51,506 bases of DNA from Carcharhinus longimanus (Eukaryota). The notes beneath the pieces were generated by a model. It was not told where the DNA came from. It ran no database searches and saw only the letters and a program-made list of their open reading frames with translations. Numbering within the stretch: the stretch's first letter is position 1; each line of letters starts with the position of its first letter. Position numbers and translations under genes: made by a program. Shown here piece by piece: positions 12,429-25,984 of the stretch. The stretch is taken from positions 27,301,447 through 27,352,952 of the forward strand of contig JASCQW010000072.1 of NCBI GenBank assembly GCA_030264375.1. Reading direction: 5' to 3'.

Positions 12429-13134
12429 GACAATATTGCACAGAGTATCTGAATCAACCACAAGTAGTACGTAGTATATCCAATGGTCTCTTTATTTCAT
12501 GTTTCATTTATATATAACCAGCTAGCTTTATATTCTAAGTATGAATTCTGGTCAGTTTTGCTTGAAGAAGATGTCATTCTAACCCAAATGTCTCCAAAGG
12601 AAAGATTTTTCTTTATGTTTATCATTGAACAGTGGTGTTCTCCAAGATACAGTTCCTTTGGCATAAAAAGGATTCTTCTGACATTAACAATGTTACCTTT
12701 GTAAGATTAAAACATCATCATTCTTTGTACTGTGTATCAATGTTTGGCAGTCAGTAACACACTGGTTAAAAAAGTAGAAACCTCTTTTAACTGACATGCT
12801 TTACAGCAGAGCTCTCTGATCCCACATTATAAAAAAAAGCTACATTACACAAAAAGACTCAGCAACCATCGGAATGGTGATTAGGTTTGTAAACCAAATG
12901 CACCAAGCCGCCATATATTTCAAGTTCTGTCATTTTGCAGTATGTCTCACCTGATATTTATTTGTCAGTAATGAAGATGCACTACTAAGTGTTACCTTGA
13001 ATCTGCCGACTCTTTCCTAGGTGATCTGCAAACTGGTTAACTTCCGTCATCACCTCTTTATACAGGGAATCAAAAATGCGTATAAACAAGCTTTCGGCAA
13101 TGTCTAACTTGAACACATGTTTATTACTCATCAG

Positions 13135-13282
13135 AGATGTGCTGGTTAGGTGCACTGCCCATGCTAAATTCTCCTTCACTGTACCCGAACAGGCGCCAGA
13201 GTGGGGACCAGGGGATTTTCACAGTAACTTTATTGCAATGCTAATGTAAGTATGCTTGTGACACTAATAAATAAACTTTAAA
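13135..13282 (+). mobile_element. V-SINE 3' fragment with the alternative tail (same subfamily as 24133-24442)
   Basis: ggttagg..gcccatgctaaattctcc followed by ggggattttcacagtaact..cttgtgacactaataaataaactttaaa. Confidence 0.8.
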
Positions 13283-15710
13283 GTTAGTATGACTCTCTGA
13301 TAAATACTTTGCTTCGTCTCAACTTTGACTTTATCATAAGTTATTTCTGTCTCTCTTAGTAATAATGTATTTTCGTAATCATCAAAAATGATCTTGTCAC
13401 AGCATGGGCAATAGACTACTCTGCCCCAGGAACTCCTATCAATATAAAATATATCCAAAAATACTGAATAAATCCAGAGTACTTTTGATAATGGAACTTT
13501 TGAAGCTGTTAAATGTTTACACAAAAAAACCCATAATATTAGTGAGTTGAGTGCCTTTAATGAGATCATTAAACTAAAGTAAAATTAAATTCTCTAGCTT
13601 TATGAATGATTCAGTTTGTATCGCACGTTCACTTAATACACTAGCCAGCGAATACGCCACCACAGAAATTTAAAGAAAAAAATACATTCAATTCCTCAGA
13701 TGTTATTCTTCACTTCACTCAAAATCCTTTCCATTATCAGAAAAGAAAGACAGCAGCACTGTGTTTTCTACTGTAATCCCCTTTCCAAATACTTCTGTGT
13801 TACTGGCTTTTAAGAGAAAAACTGTAAACTGCTTTTTAGTTAAGAGAAGTTCCACTTCAGCACCCAGACAGGATTCCCTTAGAAATTTCCATCAGTCAAC
13901 TATCTGAATCCACAACATTGGCCTGGATAGTTTTTCATTCCAATGGCAAGCATGCTTTATTAATTTTTTATTGTAGTACAGTATACTTGCATTAACTCTA
14001 TTGCAAACCAGTAGTGTGCTTTTTCTTTCCTTTTATGAGGATATGCGCTTAGATTAGGAATACTCTAAGGCCCAACCACCTTAATGACTTAACTGCTATT
14101 CTGAGTTACATATAACATGCTTGGGAAGCTGCAGCCTTTAATTCTGTTTTTCACTATAAAGTTAATGGATTGGAAAACAGTTTGTCTCTTAACTAAGAAG
14201 CATTTAATAGAAAGCTAAATCTGCTGCAAAGAAAAAAATGTAATTGTCAATATCCCATATTGTGCATTAATATTAACATTATAACATTATAACTGCTAGA
14301 ACTGGGTCACCATCAAAAGATCAAAGTACCCATATTTAGTACAACGGTATTTCTGAATTTTATGCACAACAGTTCTATTTGCAATTACAGAAAAGAACGC
14401 ACCAAAGATACCAATAAGCAATTTTCTACATCATAGCTACAAAACACAAATAAATGGTTGGGTTATTTATGATTATTAATATTTCCAGATCATACTCTTT
14501 TAGACAATTGATTTCCAATGTGCAAGTACAGATGACAAAGTCTAATGCAGCTTTAATAATGCAAACATCTATCACGTAAATGTATTATATTTGGGTTTAA
14601 TTACCTACATCATTTGTTGTTATTTTACTTCTTTCTCAATCATACTTTCTAAAAGCATCTCATGTTTCAGCCCTTATCTTGTTGAATCAGAATAGCTGGA
14701 ATGCATACATAAAATATTATGGCTGGACTTTTAGGGTTAATGCAAAATAGATCAGGATGATCAAGCAACATAATATGGTCTAATTCTTGATTTTTTCATT
14801 CTCATATCTTTGGGACGATTTATTCAACAAATCTTCCAAAATACTGTCTAATATTGAAACAATATCAAAGAAATCTAATTTTTCTAAGTTGTGCATTTGC
14901 AAAATAATATGGTATTAGCTAAGCAAATGATAAGGATAGGGCTACATAATGTTATTTCTTTCCTTGACCACTATATTTGATTTGTATTTTGGGATCAATT
15001 CCTTTTTCTGGCATGTCTTTCTTGATGCTGAACTGTTTTGTAATACCCTGTAATCTATAGTACTGTAAACACATCTTTGAAGTTTCAGCTAACATCCTGG
15101 CAACAAAGCAATGCAATTACAAATGAGCTAATTAACTAAATTGTTGATGGAGCATGAACAGTTCATTCACCCTGTTAGTTGCACCATGACAACAAGGGAT
15201 TCTCAAATTGTGAAGTTACTCATCTATACAAACTGCCTAAAGCCTATACGAGATGAAGGGAACAAGATTGAACCATCCAGGAGGACTCTGTCACCCAAGC
15301 TGTTGTAATTTTGCATTGATTTTAATTATGCTGTCGAATTTCAGAACAGTGGGCAGTTTTTAAATTTGTACTTTCACACTTCTACATTTCAATCATTAAA
15401 GTTTGCTGGTAGGTTTAGTTTGCAGCTCAAGGATGAACAGCTTATGAAATTACAAATAAATCTCTCCACGTATGATATTCTGAATGAGTAAAACCTATTA
15501 GAAAAAGTACATACACGTGTACGGGAACATCATGAGAAAATGAGCAATTTTAAGATTTTATTTCTATGGATACAGAAACATTTTTGCAAATGTCAAAGGG
15601 TTAATTTCAGCCAAAAGCAAAGACAGCCTGTATTAAAAAAATACTCCTGGAGGTAAACAATGAACAGCAATTTGCCAGTCGTCTTACTGACTGTTTATGT
15701 GATAAACTTA

Positions 15711-15970
<260 letters not shown>

Positions 15971-17367
15971 ACAACTGCCAAGGCTGTATGATGTTCCAAT
16001 TAGGAAAGAAAGAGAGCCAAGATGGCTGTTAATAAAGAGTGAAAGAAAATAAGATGACTGCATAACACTGCCTGATTACTTAGCCAGGTGACACTGATGT
16101 AGGATTTTTCACATCAAAATGCTGAATACAGTCATCACAGCAGAAACACAATAATTTTAACCTTCACTCCACATAAAATTCAACTCTAGGAATAAGATAA
16201 CCCATATATTCACTTGATACTAGTTATTTCAAAAAGCCATAAAATGTTAAATTGTTTGCAATCATAATAAGAATCCTACACGTTTACAATCAAAAACAAT
16301 TAATTGAAGAGCACATAAATTGTGGCTTCATTTATTATTGTACAATATCTCATTAGAGGAGATTTATGAATTGGCAAACCTAGCAAAACAATTATTTTCG
16401 CAAGTGTTTTAACTTGAAGAAATGTGCAATTTCCTTATTATGGTAAACCTGAACTGCTGCTGCAAAACAGACATCAGGGTGATGAATTTGATTGAACATT
16501 TTATTGTTGTGTTGGGTGACAAGGACATTTGATGTTAGCCAAGTTAATAAAAACTGTCATCCTATCTAAATACTTGCAAACAGAAGTTTTAACTTTTTGC
16601 CTTAAGTTCCTATTAACACAAAGGACTTTCACAAGTAAATCCTCTGAAAATACTCAGCATATTTCTTACTTTCTCCAATAAAACTGCAAGTGATTTGTTT
16701 TGTTCCTTGTGCACACACAAATCTGGATGTGCACAACTGGTGCCCTCTATAAAAGTGAGACTTTCTCCAAGGTATAGTGTAAGAAAATGAGAGTACGATT
16801 CTTTATGAATTAATATGTGGTGCACTAATTCTGACTTAGCCGATGTTTGCTGAGCTATGCACAGAGTAAACAGGCAGCAGGAGTTGATCAAGGTAAGCCA
16901 TTTTCCAGGACTTGATAAATGTCCAACAGAGCAGTTTTTGTTAAATCCCACTTTACTTCTTAAGCAGTTAGATTTCTTACTCAAGAGCAGGTCATGAAGA
17001 ATTTATATGGTGCCAATTGCACCCACATCAATGCAGAGGGGAAAGAGCAAATAGCAGAAGTGAGCAGGAGATGATTAAGATGGATGTTAGGGCCTTCTGC
17101 AAGAGGTTTTCAATAACTTTCCACATCCAGGATCAGGCTGTGTTCTTTGGTCATCATTGGGATGTGGGCATGACAAAACAGATTCTTCGATTATCAAGAA
17201 ACTTGATAATCACTACTGGATTGTAGAAAATCAGATGTATTAACATTTCGAACTGTTGGCATTTACTAGATAAAAATTTGACAATCATAGTCAGTTTTAA
17301 GCCAATTGTTGGATAGTTTTCCAATGTGAGTTCCACCACCATTGTGGAGGCAGAGAATTAGTTGCCA

Positions 17368-18560
17368 TCGTTGTTGCTTGAATGGAGGATGATGTCTACT
17401 CAGGATTGTAGTTTTCCGTTATGGGTCTTCGTGTAACTGAACAGGCTGATTCTGGACTTACAGATCTTTGCAAACATGGGGCTGTATATCCTACAAGGAA
17501 GAGGGATCGGGAGTGCAAGATTTGCTTCCTTTTCCCCCTCTCCCCTCCCCTCCTGTCACTCTGACTCATCATTCAGCAACTTGAGCAACAGGCTGTCACC
17601 ATTTTGAACAACAGATAGCAAGCCCTCTCAGTTGTTTCTGTCAATGCTGTTCTGCTTCTAAGAGAGTTTCTGTGCATCTTTGAAGCATTTTCTTTGTCTT
17701 CCCCTGGAACATTGGCCATTAGAAAGTTGAGAAAACAGGATCTGGCAGGAGAGGCGCTTTTTGGCGGTTGATGTTGATTTTGCAGGAGTTTTCTTCTGAA
17801 TGCTTATGACGTTGGCTTCAAGAACAACAACAGTATTTGTTCAATGGTCCTTGAGGATATGGCGGAAACACTGCTGATGGAATTTCTCTAGTGCTCTTAT
17901 GCATCACTGATGCACAGTCCAGGTCTCACTGCAGTACAGGAATGTGATGATGCCAACTGCTCTGTACACTAGAACCTTTGTTGATTTGCAGAGATCTTTG
18001 TTGTTATTCCCTGCCATATTTTGTAGATATGTAGTAAGTCTTCCGAGGCAGAAGTTCCTTTATTAAAGTCCCTTTATTTACAATCGCAACAGCAGTACAC
18101 TATCCGTGCTATCCGTCAGCAGTCTACCCCAGAGGAACTGACACTCCCAATTAAATACAAGGAAGAGACTCCCTGATTGGCCCATCAATTGACTCCTTAA
18201 TCAGGGAACTCTTTTTCCAATGGACCAACTTCAACGCCTGATTGAAGTCATTGTAGTTGAAGGCTGAGTATGCACAGCTAATTGGATCTTCTCCTCAACA
18301 GGAGCTTTTTGACAGAGTTGACTGCTAAGGTAGGGGAAGGCTCAACATAATCCCATTCAACATGTATGGGAGGTGGAATATTTGGCTGACCAGGTGTGAG
18401 TTGATACCTGAGTTTTGATCTAGCAACATTCGTGCACAGGAGCGATTCTTATATGCGTAATTTAAAAGATTTGAGAGTGGCTTGCAAATCCAGTAGAGAG
18501 TGGGCGAAGACAACAGTTCTTTGTAAGTATGCTTATGGTGATCAGTTTAGTTCTTGCATG
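17368..18560 (-). mobile_element. RTE-clade LINE 3' fragment, decayed, with an internal insertion at ~18030-18250
   Basis: Minus-strand translations STKVLVYRAV..FLYCSETWT..ALEKFHQQCFRHIL and RLSCQILFSQLSNG..RGRQRKCFKD match RTE RT C-terminal motifs. Confidence 0.8.
18030..18252. mobile_element. Possible solo LTR nested in the RTE fragment
   Basis: Starts tgtagt, has TTTATT (minus-strand AATAAA) and CCAAT-like motifs, and interrupts the RTE reading frame. The terminal CA is not intact. Confidence 0.35.
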
Positions 18561-19561
18561 GAGATGATCGAGGTTTTTGAGTTTCAAACAATTCTTATTG
18601 AATAAATAGGCACTGAATGAAAGGTAAAGTATTTTTGATTCTTTGAAAAGGGTAAAGAATAGATCGAAAAATTCTATCTCCTATTAGGAGATAGAATGGA
18701 GAAACAGAAAGACAGGATGAGAAGAGGAGAAATACTTAAAATTCAAATTTAATTTTTATATTATTTTTATATAGGGTCAAAGTTACAATAGTAAAGTTAA
18801 TCCTGACATGCAAGTCGCTTTGTTACTATAAAAATAAGTTGCCAAATACCTAATTTTATTGGTTTGAAGTTTTTAAGGTACATGCAATGTTCCATTGTGG
18901 AAAATCCTGTTCAATGTAACTGTCAGCAGCCTTTTGTAGTATAAAAATAATGGGTGCCTGGAACTCTGAGCCACTGGCTGTGTTTGCTGGGATTTTCTTT
19001 TTAGAAGGAATTTGTTGTAACTTGATGTTAGATAGGAAGGTAATTTCTGATTCTTGTCTTGTGCACATGAAACCACGTGATGAATCCTGATTAACTTGTT
19101 TACCACATTTGTATCTTGTGAATCATTTTCTAATATTTGTCTCCAGGCTTCTCAATGGTAGTGGAACCAAATCACCCAACAACTGGCTGAAAACTGACTG
19201 TGAAGGTCAAGCTCATTCCTAATTAGTAATACACCTGATTCTCTGGGATCAACTAAAAATGTTTCGTCATTTTATCATAAAGGGTGATATTGCTCTGGAA
19301 CGGTTGGGTTTCCACATCAATGGAAATGCTTTCTCTTTCAAAGGAATTAAGGGATAAAAGTCAGAATGCTGTTGTTGTTCCTTAGTCCTTATGGTATTTC
19401 TTCGGCGCATTCAAGCTAAAAAAAAAGCTCTGTAAGGGGTGGCTTATGTAGTTTGCTCGAAACTTTTCACTTGATATATTGTTTCATTTCAAGAGACTGA
19501 AATAGCAAATCAGATTCCTGGAGGGGAACTTTTAGGTGGAAGCAATTTTAAGTATTGCTTA

Positions 19562-20062
19562 AAAGACTTGCATTTATATAGCACCCTTCACGATTTCACA
19601 ACCACCCAAACTGCTTCAAGATCAACGGTAATCATTGGGCGTGATCTTACGAAACAAAGTGCCGTATGAGCAAGGAAACAGGAAAGTTTCAGCCCGAGCT
19701 TGCTGGGGAAGCCGGCTGTTCAGCTCTTGGGGTGACATTGCACAGGCGCCCCAATCTCCCGGTGTACCAGGAGATCTCCTGCCACATCGCCCCATCCAGC
19801 CCATGCACATAGGGACTCCCATGCCAATCGTCCTGTGCCGGTCACTCACCCCGACTTCAGTGAGACAAGGTGATAAGATTGGGTGGGATGAGGTTGGAAG
19901 ATCAGATTGTTGCAATGTGCGAAATGCAGCAGCTGATTCGTGCAAAGCAAGTTTACCACAGACAGCAATGAAACTAATGACCAGATCATTTGTTTTAAGT
20001 GTCGATTGCAGGATAAATTTTAATCATGACACAGACAGAACGCTGAATACTGCCTGGGATCT
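19562..20062 (-). mobile_element. DeuSINE (SacSINE1-like) split by a MITE-like insertion at ~19637-19905
   Basis: Tail cttgcatttatatagcacccttcacg; Deu-domain-like gttgcaatgtgcgaaatgcagcagctgattcgtgcaaagcaag..ccacagacagcaatg..aatgaccagat resumes after the insert. Confidence 0.65.
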
Positions 20063-20699
20063 CTGGGGGGGTACATGAGGGGAACTTAGTGAGGGCAGGT
20101 AGCATTATAGCTGAGGCCATGGTTAGAATAAAACCCTCTATAGAACAGAGTGCCCGAACAGGCCTCACTCCCACCCATTCTCCTGTGCACTGGAAGGCCA
20201 CCCTGCCTCTGGCTGAATGCCAGGAGAAGAGGAAAGTGGTCTTTATTTGACCATTTAAGCAGCTCAATTGGGCTTTGAACAGGTCACTGACCTGCCACCT
20301 TTTCTGCCACTGGCAAGGTGGTTTGCTAATGAGAAAACGATGGAAACTCTACTAGCTGCCTTCCCTTGCCATTTTACAGGCTCTCAGCTTGTCCCTAGAG
20401 GGTTGGTAAAAGCCAGCCTTTTGTGTACACTTAATAAAAAATATTAAGTTTTGTAAATGATTTTAAAGTGTCGATAAATTTTAGAAGTTGAAAGAAGTAC
20501 ATGAGAATCTTACATAAATTCCAATACGTAGGTCTCACAATCATGTTTATTACTTAGGCCTGGTCAGAAATTGAAGGACCCAGATATTAGATTCTAAGAT
20601 GAATGATTTGCAGAAGAAGTCAATTCAAGCCAGAGGCCACAATTTAAAAGCCCAAATTGCAGCAGAGAATTTGTTTCAAAGTCACGTGCAAGCCTAAGC

Positions 20700-22450
20700 C
20701 CTGTGTTTGCTGACCGCTATGATTTAACATCATGGCACCACACTTTGACAACGGAGGCTGAATCCAAGAGCGAGGTTTTCTCCAAAATCAGCAAACACCG
20801 ATGCCGGGTGGGAAAAGCAGCATTCAGCCCGCCAATGGCAATGGAGGCTTTTCACGCTTTTCATTTAGTGTGGCACTTACTGCCAAATACTCTCTAGAAA
20901 AGGTTCCATGCCATATCGCTGGTGGGCAGTCTCTAATTCACCAATCCCACCATCATCTCAACACTTCAATGATTGCCCGCATTTAAAGGCGATCCCAGTG
21001 CATAGCAGCCACACTTCACAGGTTGTCGGGAAGTGATGGCTGCCAGGAAATGTGCCCCAAAGTTCTTCGACACCTCCTTGGAGAGCCTGCTGTGAAGGCC
21101 CATCATTATATCATCTACNNNNNNNNNNNNNNNNNNNNNNNNNNNNNNNTTATTCACCCAGTGTGGGAGGCAGTGGCAGCATGACTGCCCAATCTATTCT
21201 GGCGACGACTGCCATCCAGTGCTGGAGGAAAATGAATGATCTCCTCTGTTGAGTCAGGGCAAGTCACTCTTCTCATCACTCTCAACGCACCACTCACAAA
21301 CCCCTCACACATCCACAGGGATCTCAGTCAATGCAATGCCAACTCAAAGGACAGCACCACTCACTCTCCTACACACAGCTTCAACACCCTTGAGGAGCAT
21401 GTCCTCTCCCATCCATGGCCACACTCATCACCTGAACATGCCAGGCATCCTTATCAACAGGCCTGGCAGGTGTCCTGCTTACACTCTCTCCATCCGTCTT
21501 TATGCAGGACAAGCTGACATAACAAGAGGGAAGATCCCAGACTGCTGATGGATGGAAGCACATTTGGGAAGCAGCCTTGAGGGGTCTACCAGTCAATCCC
21601 TGGACACAGCTCAGAGAGCAGCACTGACAATGCTTTTTCATAGCCCTCAATGGGAGATCCATCACAGCATTCACCCACACCCTTCATTAATGTTGAGACA
21701 TACACCTTGGGGCAGCCTCAGAGTAACAATCTGGTGATCACAACACAATGTCCGATCCACAGCAGGAGGAGGCAGGGACATCCCAACATGCTGGCACCCT
21801 GTGGATTGCTGAGGTCAGGAATCTGCTGAGTCCAAGTCAGATGAGGAGCCTCTGGACTCAGTTTTGGTTCAGCTGCTGAAGCTCCAAAGACAAGCTTGGC
21901 AAAATCAGGAAGAGATGTCTGCTCCATTGCCTGGATTGAAAGCTGTATTGGTGAAGTCTGTCCACCTTCAGTCTGAGATGATTGTGGTGATAGGCCAGTG
22001 CACTGAGGTCAATGCTGGTAGTGTGGCGGCTACAGTATTATCCTTGGGGNNNNNNNNNNNNNNNNNNNNNNNNNNNNNNNNNNNNNNNNNNNNNNNNNNN
22101 NNNNNNNNNNNNNNNNNNNNNNNNNNNNNNNNNNNNNNNNNNNNNNNNNNNNNNNNNNNNNNNNNNNNNNNNNNNNNNNNNNNAGCCAGAGACCCTTGGG
22201 CACCCACAGGGAGAGGGTCAGCTGGTACACATCCCAGGGCCATGCACCCAGGTGGCTCCATGAATTTCCTGCCCATCTGAATCCCCTCCTGTGATCCCAT
22301 CAGCTCCAGCTCCACAGGCCAAGGAAGGTGATACTACTACACAGTAGAACTGAGAAAGCAGGCCAGGGTGCCCCAGGTCCTAACTCTCCAGAGGATACCT
22401 GCCAAGGTTGTTTCAGACAAAAGGGTGTAGCAGACAGCCTTCACCTCCAT
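20700..22450 (+). mobile_element. Decayed PIF/Harbinger element, Myb/SANT-like ORF remnant
   Basis: MAARKCAPKFFDTSLESLL..WEAVAA..TTAIQCWRKMNDLL at 21036-21247, then ttatgcag|GACAAGCTG (DKL..RSQT), an intron-containing Harbinger ORF2 pattern. Boundaries approximate. Confidence 0.6.
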
Positions 22451-22909
22451 TATGGATATAATCATATCTTTCATTTCCTGAGGGAAAAAATAGTAAAACC
22501 GGGAAATAAGAATACTGGTCTGAACATTTATTTTCCTTCTGGGTTATGATATTTTATCTGATTTAAGTCTGTTGTGATTCATAAAGACCTTTCTTCTCAG
22601 TAAATGCAGTAACTGCCTGACTTTACTGACACTTCTACACTCGCTGTGGCTTCACTGGATTAGCATTGAAAAGAATGCCACCATTGCAGAAAACATGCAC
22701 AATTTTCCTGCATCCAACGGCATGCAGGTTGGCATAGAGGGGGGAAGAATTGGATTAGGCCCAATATCAGATGCAGGCAATCACTGAAAAGTACAATTTC
22801 CCTATGCCCGGTCCTGTTGAGGCAGGCACTGTGCAACCTGTATGCCATCTGCTCCTCAACAGGATTGTAGTGTGCATGGAGTGGAGTGAAACAGGCTGTA
22901 TATTCATTA

Positions 22910-23560
22910 GGAGTCACAGATGGACAAAATGGTGAAGAAAGTATTCGGCATGCTTGGTTTCATTGGTCAGAATATTGACTACAGGTGTTGGGATGTCTTG
23001 TTGAAGTTCTACAAGACATTGGTAAGGCTACACTTGGAATACTGTGTCCAATTCTGGTCACCCCAATTTCAGAAAGGATATTATTAAACTAGAAAGAGTG
23101 CTGAAAAGATTTACTAGGATGCTACCAGGACTTGATGGTTTGAGTTATAAGGAGAGGCTGGATAGACTGGGGCGTTTTTTCTCCAGAGCGTAGGAGGCTT
23201 AGGAGTGATCTTATAGAGGTCTATAAAATAACAAGGGGCATAGATCAGCTAGATAGTCAACATCTTTTCCCAAAGGTAGAGCAGCCTAAAATTATAGGGC
23301 ACAGGTTTAAAGTTAGAGAGGAGAGATACAAAAGGAGCAATTTTTCACGCAGAGGGTGATGGGTGTCTGGAACAAGCTGCCAGAGATAGTAATAGAGGCA
23401 GGTACAATTTTGTCTTTTAAAAAGCATTTAGTCAGTTACAGATATAGACAGATATGGGCCAAAACTGGACAATTGGGACTAGCTTAGTGATCAAAAAAAA
23501 GGGCGGCATGGACAAGTTGGGCTGAAGAGCCTATTTCATGCTGTAAACCTCTATGTCTCT
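22910..23560 (+). mobile_element. CR1 LINE 3' fragment including the 3' tail
   Basis: LLKFYKTLVRLHLEYCVQFWSPQFQ..DIIKLERVLKRFTRMLPGLDGLSYKERLDRLG; ends atgctgtaaacctctatgtctct. Confidence 0.9.
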
Positions 23561-24132
23561 GAGACCCTGGTCTGTGCATGGCCAGCACAACACTGATCCT
23601 GAATACCTTACAGGCAGCCTGCCCCTACTAAAGGGCAGCTGAACTCACGCTACAGGAGGTTCTGTGTTAATACCAGGGCTGGAAGGGAGGAAACTGAAGA
23701 TGGAGTAAACAGCCAGAAAGTGTTGCAGGGATGGAAGGGGAGGTATTGGGTGGGTAGAACTCCACGCAGACACAACACCATTGTTCAATATCACCAATCA
23801 GAATTCATGCCTAACACCTAGATACTCCATTTCGCCCTCGGACACAGACTGTGACTGCGTGTTTCGTACCCACCTCACACTGCCTTTGCATACCTCAAGT
23901 TTTCAGCTGTGGCCACTGCATCACCCAAACACATTGCAATGCACTCATGATCATTTGTCACTAATTATTGGGCAAGTTGGCACATAACTCCAGGGAGCGG
24001 CAAAAAACTAACTGGAGACAGGCATGTCCACACTCCCTGAAGGAGGAGGCAGTGACTCGATCGCGGGGCTGACTGTGACTGAGGTCATTACGTCAGTGTG
24101 ACAGCGAACATTCAGAAGGAAGTTTATTCAAA

Positions 24133-24442
24133 GTTTTAAAGTTTATTTATTAGTGTCACAAGTAGGCTTACATTAACATGCAACAAAATTATTGTGAAAA
24201 TCCCCTAGTCACCGCACTCTGGCACGAATTCAGATACGCTGAGGAAGAATTTAACATGGCCAATGTACCTAACATGCATGTCTTTCGGAATGTGGGAGGA
24301 AACCACTGCATCCGGAGGAAGCCCACATAGACACGGGGAGAACATACAAACTCCACACAGACAATGACTCAAGTAGGGATTCAAACCCGGATCCCTAACA
24401 CTGTGAGGCAGCAGTGCCAACCACTGTGCCACCATGCCACCC
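24133..24442 (-). mobile_element. Full-length V-SINE with the alternative 3' tail
   Basis: Minus-strand head gggtggcatggtggcacagtggttggcactgctgcctcacag, V-domain, and tail ..cttgtgacactaataaataaactttaaaac. Confidence 0.88.
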
Positions 24443-24524
24443 TGATTGGATGGAATATTGAATGTTTCTGCCTGTACCTTGTGAAATTTCACCACTGCCA
24501 TCTGGCCATCTGGCACGAAGTGAG

Positions 24525-24603
24525 ACACAGTAAGAAGTCTCACAACACCAGGTTAAAATCCAACCAGTTTATTTGATAGTAAACCCACAAGCTTTTGGGG
24601 TTT
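24525..24603. mobile_element. Penelope-like family B arm, truncated by a 100-N gap
   Basis: Nearly identical to ~25699-25779 (agtaagaagtctca..ccaggttaaaatccaaccagtttatttgatagtaaacccacaagcttttggggttt). Confidence 0.75.
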
Positions 24604-25668
24604 NNNNNNNNNNNNNNNNNNNNNNNNNNNNNNNNNNNNNNNNNNNNNNNNNNNNNNNNNNNNNNNNNNNNNNNNNNNNNNNNNNNNNNNNNNNNNNNNN
24701 NNNACCACCCGCCCGCTCCCGCCCCACCCCCCCCCCCCCCCTAAAATTAAAACAGAAAATCCCCCCGAGGTGGAAACTTATAATTGGATGTTAAGACTTG
24801 ATAACTTGCTGTAGTTTCTTATCAAGTGGTTGTATCAATTACTGTGCAAACATTTTGCAGTGAATGCTATTTGTTTCTATGGTACCTGCTCCTTTTAAAC
24901 AGTGAAGGTCACCAGTTACTATGAGGTACATTTCACACTTCTTTTCTGCTTTGATCATTTGTTGTAGGCAACAAAAGGCCATGTCTTACCAATTGTGCAA
25001 TGTTTGAAAGCTCTGTTTGACTTTTCAGCTTTGACCTTGTGTCACGGAAACTTTCATATTAGCAGGAAGGCAATATTTCTGGGAATGTGACTTTTTATTG
25101 CAAGTGGCCAGTAGATTGACAGTGTAATGTTTGAAAAGGTACATTGAAAATCACCACATAGGTGAGAGAATAAACTCCAGACCCAGTTTAATGGTTTTAC
25201 ATTGGAGCCCGACAGCTCCTAGGCATTTGTTTTGCCACTTTATTGATTTAAAGAGTGACTACAACTGGTATAGATCATTAAACATATCAAAGAGTAAAGG
25301 GAGCTTTCAAAGCCAAATGCACAATTTCAAAGGTTCCTAACCATTTTCACAAACACCTCTCTAGGATTTTCCATTCCAACTAGCAGCATGCGCATTGCAG
25401 ACAGGAGGGGATCATTTGGAGAACAGCTCCCCAAAACTTCCTGCCCTACCCACAATGGTGCCCACCACTGGCGTGGCTGGAAAATCCCACTCTTTCACAG
25501 AAATGTGCCAGAAACTGGAACAACACCTGGGCACACAGAGAGCTCACGCTGATGTATCCAGGTGCACCAATGAACAACAAATGAGAATCATCATGAGCGA
25601 AGGTAGGAATTCCTACATCAGGAATTCCTTCATTTCAGCACCTCAAGATAATCTGATGTGTGTCATCA

Positions 25669-25984
25669 GATGTGGAGATGCCGGCGTTGGACTGGGGTAA
25701 ACATAGTAAGAAGTCTCATAATACCAGGTTAAAATCCAACCAGTTTATTTGATAGTAAACCCACAAGCTTTTGGGGTTTGCCCCTTCGTCAGGTGAGTGG
25801 AGAGTTCTGGTCTCAAACCAGAGACCAGAACCAGATTTGAGACCAGGACGCTCCACTCATCTGACGAACAGGCAAACCCTGAAAGCTTGTGGGTTTACTA
25901 TCAAATAAACTGTATGGATTTTAACCTGGTGTTGTGAGACTTCTTACTGTATTTACCCCAGTCCAATGCCGGCATCTCCACATC
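25669..25984. mobile_element. Penelope-like-derived long palindrome with a minimal hammerhead motif in each arm (family B)
   Basis: Arms 25669-25817 and 25836-25984 are near-perfect reverse complements. Plus-strand motif actcat-CTGACGA-acaggcaaaccct-GAAA-gctt-gtgggt at 25855-25894. Confidence 0.8.

Noticed and set aside
25669-25984. Palindrome as a miRNA precursor, CRISPR array or classic MITE
   Set aside because: Arms are long and multicopy, there is no repeat-spacer periodicity or clear TSD, and the hammerhead/PLE features fit better.
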